DNA from: Bacteroidia bacterium
GTDB taxonomy: Bacteria > Bacteroidota > Bacteroidia > NS11-12g > UBA9320
NCBI GenBank assembly: GCA_965216465.1
Contig: CBDCFW010000001.1
Span: forward strand, 288,001-352,000
Length of the DNA: 64,000 nt
Direction: 5' to 3'
The notes beneath the pieces were generated by a model. The model worked only from the letters and a program-made list of their open reading frames with translations, did not search any database and was not told the DNA's origin. Below are positions 61,101 to 64,000 of the stretch, piece by piece. The position numbers and the translations under genes are program-made. Every line of letters starts with the position of its first letter. Within the stretch, counting starts at the first letter, position 1.

Positions 61101-64000
61101 TTCAAAATGACTCTGCATTCGATTTTAGCTATACCGGTATTCAAGTATACTACGTGCATAATCTAGATGTTTCAAACTGCTATTTCAGTACATCGGTATC
61201 AGGTTCAAGAGGAATAACCATCGACCAAGGGGCAAGGTTTACTTTCTCTAAAAACAAAATATGGCTGCAGAATGGCTCACGAGGAATTAAAGTATACTCC
61301 AGTGACGGAACGTCATCAGCAAGAAGTTTAATTGCAAATAACTTCATCTATAGCAATAACACATTTACCTACGGTATAGACAATCAGTATTGTGATTATT
61401 TGGATGTATATCACAACAGTGTTTATCTCGGTGCAAGTACAAATAGTAACTCCATATGCAACTACGTGTACACCGTTAATAATGTGAACAATCACAACAA
61501 CATTTTTATGAATAGTGGTACAGGGCGAGCTCTATATTTGCAAAGTCCGGGTGGAGTAGCTTCAGACTACAATGACCTCTTCACTAATGGAACAAATCTT
61601 TGTGCAACAAGCTCAACAAACTATACCACCCTCGCTGCGTGGATTACTTTTGGTAAAGATTCAAACTCACTTAACGTTGATCCTAGCTTCGTTTCTACTT
61701 CCGACCTTCATGCATCGACTACAGACTTATACAACGCTGGTAAGGAATCTGTGCGAACTGTTGTTCCTGACGATATAGACGACGATTTAAGAAGCGTAAA
61801 CAAACCCTGTTTGGGTGCCGATGAGTTTACCCCATTTTTTGCTCATGACGTTTCTATTTACAACCTAATAACACCAACTACTGAATGTGGTTTAACTAAA
61901 GTTCCTATACGTGTCGAAATTAAAAACACTGGAAACTCGTCTGAAGATACCATTCCGTTAGCCTACAGCTTGAACGGAGGCAGCATTGTAATCGACACGA
62001 TGTTCACTAACATTGGTCCAAATGCTACCGCAACTTTTGAATTCCCTGACTCAATTGATGTAACAGGGTTAAGCACGTTTGACTTCAAGATTTACACTTC
62101 CTTAAGCACAGATGGAAATAGTGCAAATGATACCAGCGATGCCACTTATACAAATCATAGTGCTTGGACCCATACGCTAACAAACGATACCTCTATTTGC
62201 TACGGAAGCAACATCATTCTTCAAGCAACAGGTGCGAATTATTTTACTTGGAGCAATGGCCGAACAACGAGCTACAATAGCGTTAATATTTATGGAGATG
62301 TCAGCTATTCCGTAATTATGGAAAATCTGCTTGGATGCTTGCGATACGACACGGTTAACATTACGGTTAAATCTAAGCCTAGCTTAACCTTTACAGGCGA
62401 AACAGGTTTTTCAAATTCATTTACAGACCCTGATGTTGCAACCTCGTCTACGCCAATAACATTTAAAGTTAAATACACGCATAGTGAAAATTCTGCTCCA
62501 TCTTCAGGATACCCATATGCTCAATTGGATAGAAACAACAACTATGTTTTCAATGACTTTACCGATTTATCTTACGGTACAATAGAAGAAGATGCCGACG
62601 ATACGGATTATACTGACGGAAAAATCTACTTGGTAACCACAACCTTGCCAGAATATGACTTTTACCGAACCAGATTCTATGCAGAAAGTGAAAATGGATG
62701 TATGAGTGCCTCATCTTACCGATCTGAACCACTTATCGACAACGACTTGGTTGATTTGAAGATTTGGGCTAATGACATCTCATTCTCAGATATTAATCCA
62801 GACACCAATGAGATTATCTCTATTTCAGCAACCATACACAACACATCAAATTATGATGCAGAAAGCTTTGATGTACGTATGTATGAAGAGGATACCCTGA
62901 GATACACCACCCAAGTAACTCGACTTCTTGCCAACACAGATACTACCATTACCTGGTATCATTCATTCCCAATTGATGAGTTCTACCCTATTCGAGTTGT
63001 TGTAGACACATTAGATGCAATCGAAGAAGATAATGAAGGAAATAATTTTGCAATACGTCCTGTTTTGGTTGGAGATTTTGCTCTATCCGCTTCAATTATC
63101 TTTAACGCCAACTTTACAGATACTACACCATGTAAAGGAACTTATTTGTCTTACTCTGGAACTGCAAATTACGACAGTGTAGCTAGCTCAGACACGAGGG
63201 TACAAGGAGCTACTATTGAGTTTGAGATTAACGAAACAGGTGCAAAGTATCAAACCTATACGAACTCAAATGGAGAAGCTTCATTAAGTTTCCGAGCGCC
63301 AACCGCAACCGGAACTTATACGATTAGTGGTACTATTACAGACTATACGCTTATTTCAACCTTTGAAGATACATTTACAGTTGTCGATTGCTACAACCCT
63401 TACGACATCATGGCAACTATAGAATTTGACAGTACGGTAGTTGTGCAAGGTGATAGCAGTAATGGTATGGCAACCATTAAAAATATTGGTGATTCAACGG
63501 TAAGAGATTTTGCAACAAAGGCTTTCTCTAACTTCCATGGTCAACTGTTTGATACAACCTTGGCCGAGTTGAAACCAGACTCAAGTATTACTATTCCACT
63601 TAAACAGATATTCACAACAATAGGAACCTATGCTGCTCAAATACACACGGATTATACGCACAAGTATTCGGAGCGATCGGAAAGCAATAACTACGACGTG
63701 CATTATGTTAAAGTGTTGAATCCTTTACCCGATATACAACCGGTAATACACCATCGCTACACGAGTAATCTTAACACTCCGTACAATTTGGCGTACACGA
63801 TTTACAATCACGGTGGGTCGTCGACAGGTCTGTTTTATGTTAACATATTTGATAGCACAAGCTCTGGAAAAGTACTCTTAACACGTGACACTGTACCTAA
63901 TTTAGGAAGATGTGCTTCGAAAGGATATGGTCAGACCTACAGTCTCACCCCTTCGGGATGCCACCGCTTAATCGTTGAAGCAGACACCAATGCTTCAAGC
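55169..64000 (+). CDS. Giant secreted protein (>2944 aa, 3' end off-window): five tandem parallel beta-helix modules followed by CARDB/Ig-like domains
   Basis: Not in ORF track (no stop in window). MGHLQKGLLKCCFSLLFTLFFSSSYA-QLSGSYLID...; frame checked at 56567, 57890, 59216, 60542 and at the end (HRLIVEADTNASS). CARDB-like ATIHN...V.VD....IEE.NE.NN. Confidence 0.9.
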   Translation, partial: MGHLQKGLLKCCFSLLFTLFFSSSYAQLSGSYLIDPGGSGDFLTFTEAVDSLKSQGVSAAVTIEAKAGTYNEQFRINEIAGASSTNTITFVSETSTASDVIISFATISSSNYVVYLDSAKHVRFEDLTITSLGSSYTTTVLMARQIKNITFDSCVFNGKDIVSSSTNYAVIRAASLSQDSAFHLLNSQISEGSYGLFYDGNSSNRADYVQVSGNTFTGQSQDAGYFQYIDSLDILENQFSLAAGSKAINVDRSTAVNITKNIIQNDNGPYGIYLTSNPGTASKHIKIVNNSISVNRNSTCHGIYLYATDYTDISFNSILMGTSSNSSSNAIYIENYCEYLSLRNNNIFASGSGRALFVYSNSQVSTLTSDYNNYFASGSVPIYVNFGTYAGAYPDIASFTAATTLDSNSISVNPYFTAFGDLHAANGYLDNAGIAISSITTDIDDEARANPPCIGSDEFVGLAFTPLKGIYTIDSNGSGSRNFESFTSALAALDSFGVDSAVIFNVASDTFNEKVHMKAIIGSSAANTVTFRAASGNVDDVLIEDLVSSSANYTFWIQHSDHVSFRNITFKKNTVTYSTALLISGNASHLQFDSCKFIGYNTTSTSANFSTVRTSSLSNSSHFTFQNCSFINGGRALNLEGVNGGKLDSVTVFNNSFTDIGYAGMYLRYLDGADLDSNDHVAGTCTYGIYIDNVTGYLIKNNSVEISNGVHGISIRSSSGSASEHCSIINNNVSINRSNNCYGMYLYNSDYVDFYFNSIYLGASTISGSAGIYFDNYCEHLISKNNCIYSAGSGRAIYNYGHSTFSTFTSDHNNYYTTGLYVIRVDQGGNSGSYSSLASFISSTNKDSNSLTVNPYYTAFGDLHGANPYLDNAGTAISGISTDFEGDARSTPPCIGADEFIATPIVPMKGTYTIDSAGSGVRNFLSFTKAVAALDTFGIDSAVEFVVATDTFIEKVKLTQVNGTSEQNTITFRSASGNAADVMIEDLVSSSANYTFWIQNADHIVFKNITFKKNTATYSTALYISGNVNYLTLDSCQFIGRTTTSSSVNFSVLRTASLANNNHFTITNCSFENGSNGMYLSGSSTTSRLDSVVIANNTFSSFYYTGMHIRYCGAVTADSNTLSTSSTSYGIFFNNVRNYTVKRNTVVITNGAHGISLQSSSGTGGERCYVFNNSVSVNRTNTCHGFYLYNSDYIDLDFNSVYVGSSTNSSSTGFYMDIYCEFNELRNNNIYNSSAGLAYRNYGNTTFSTSNSDYNNFYTAGANVVYIQAGGFAGYYADLATYQAATTQDSNSIRVIPYYTSFGDLHASNPYLDNAGIAISGITTDFEGEVRSDPPCIGADEYDVPPIVPMKGIYTIDSAGSGSRNFLSFTEAVASLDTFGIDSNVVFVVASDTFIEKVKLTTVNGASAANTITFRSASGNADDVLVEDLVSSTANYSFWIEHADYITFKNISFKKDVATYSTALLLSGSVTNLTFDSCKFIGRSTTSTSNNMAVFRTSSMANNSNLVITNCTFENGSNSMYLFGASTSDRIDTVNLSNNTFLNFRNVGIFTAYIKDFVVESNSISTTIGNYAVRLENMNHFIFAQNDITSNSMDYGLFITSCNATSGNHNLIYNNSVSLNNSTTCHGMYIYNSDYSDFFYNSVYMGSSANSASNGLYIDIYTENIVLKNNSIYCNGPSRAIRNYGGSTLTTLHSDYNNWFTNGSVLIYVQTGGNAASYSDLSAYQLATSLDSNSVSVNPYYTAFGDLHASNPYLDNAGTDIPSVTSDFDGDGRSDPPCIGADEFAVPPIVPLSGDYTIDSSGIGATNFLSFTDAFAALDTFGIDGVVRFLVASDTFNEQPALNRVNGSSPSNTITFLSASGDNDVLVNTDAATSSNNYTMSITHADYIAFKHINFKNSTSANYNTVMYLGGTVSNLIIDSCNFTGKSTTSTGDAYNLIHAQLNTDSVNVIRNSNFYNGSRAIRYYSAGTSNRGQNITFQNDSAFDFSYTGIQVYYVHNLDVSNCYFSTSVSGSRGITIDQGARFTFSKNKIWLQNGSRGIKVYSSDGTSSARSLIANNFIYSNNTFTYGIDNQYCDYLDVYHNSVYLGASTNSNSICNYVYTVNNVNNHNNIFMNSGTGRALYLQSPGGVASDYNDLFTNGTNLCATSSTNYTTLAAWITFGKDSNSLNVDPSFVSTSDLHASTTDLYNAGKESVRTVVPDDIDDDLRSVNKPCLGADEFTPFFAHDVSIYNLITPTTECGLTKVPIRVEIKNTGNSSEDTIPLAYSLNGGSIVIDTMFTNIGPNATATFEFPDSIDVTGLSTFDFKIYTSLSTDGNSANDTSDATYTNHSAWTHTLTNDTSICYGSNIILQATGANYFTWSNGRTTSYNSVNIYGDVSYSVIMENLLGCLRYDTVNITVKSKPSLTFTGETGFSNSFTDPDVATSSTPITFKVKYTHSENSAPSSGYPYAQLDRNNNYVFNDFTDLSYGTIEEDADDTDYTDGKIYLVTTTLPEYDFYRTRFYAESENGCMSASSYRSEPLIDNDLVDLKIWANDISFSDINPDTNEIISISATIHNTSNYDAESFDVRMYEEDTLRYTTQVTRLLANTDTTITWYHSFPIDEFYPIRVVVDTLDAIEEDNEGNNFAIRPVLVGDFALSASIIFNANFTDTTPCKGTYLSYSGTANYDSVASSDTRVQGATIEFEINETGAKYQTYTNSNGEASLSFRAPTATGTYTISGTITDYTLISTFEDTFTVVDCYNPYDIMATIEFDSTVVVQGDSSNGMATIKNIGDSTVRDFATKAFSNFHGQLFDTTLAELKPDSSITIPLKQIFTTIGTYAAQIHTDYTHKYSERSESNNYDVHYVKVLNPLPDIQPVIHHRYTSNLNTPYNLAYTIYNHGGSSTGLFYVNIFDSTSSGKVLLTRDTVPNLGRCASKGYGQTYSLTPSGCHRLIVEADTNASS
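55250..61834 (+). repeat. Five intragenic tandem repeats of ~1.32 kb (~440 aa)
   Basis: Units start at 55250, 56567, 57890, 59216, 60542 with [LM][KS]G.Y.ID and end P.CIGADEF-like. Shared DNA words such as GAAGA(T/C)TTGGTTTCTTC and TATAGCACAGCACT recur in units 2-4. Confidence 0.9.

Noticed and set aside
55871-61778. Short ORFs on both strands within 55.8-61.8 kb, some similar to each other (57736-58026, 59098-59406)
   Set aside because: Shadows of the giant + strand ORF; their similarity reflects its tandem repeats.
55250-61834. Repeats as a CRISPR array or diversity-generating retroelement TR/VR pair
   Set aside because: Units are ~1.3 kb in-frame coding repeats, the differences are not adenine-specific, and no cas or reverse transcriptase gene is present.
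1-64000. Prophage, IS element, integrase or defence island
   Set aside because: No transposase, integrase, phage structural, restriction-modification or toxin motifs recognised, and no obvious compositional break.

Overview
A 64 kb AT-rich, gene-dense chromosomal window from a Bacteroidota bacterium. The taxonomy rests on T9SS type A and B C-terminal domains, UpxY, TAnnTTTG promoters and a long S16. Most of it is housekeeping and envelope genes (clpB, rpsP-rimM-trmD, prmA, mnmD, hutU, hutH, DPP IV + POT transporter, Lhr-type helicase). Two long CDSs are missing from the ORF track because they run off the window: a nucleotide-sugar dehydrogenase (<1..493, -) and a >2,944-aa secreted protein with five ~440-aa beta-helix repeats plus CARDB-like domains (55169..>64000, +). 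The most interesting locus is 15341-18601. A promoter and a 5' hairpin precede an unannotated 24-codon leader peptide (with Pro-Pro) whose 3' end is a perfect 12-nt antiterminator for a strong intrinsic terminator. Downstream are an uncharacterised 311-aa gene coupled to rtcB and a TPR gene. This looks like a ribosome-stalling-controlled RNA-repair operon without the usual RtcR/WYL/PrfH/Ro60 partners nearby. The second highlight is a divergent cysteine dioxygenase / cysteine-sulfinate decarboxylase pair (hypotaurine/taurine route) with animal-type motifs. No rRNA, tRNA, CRISPR array or transposase was recognised. All calls come from reading motifs by eye; no database searches were run.
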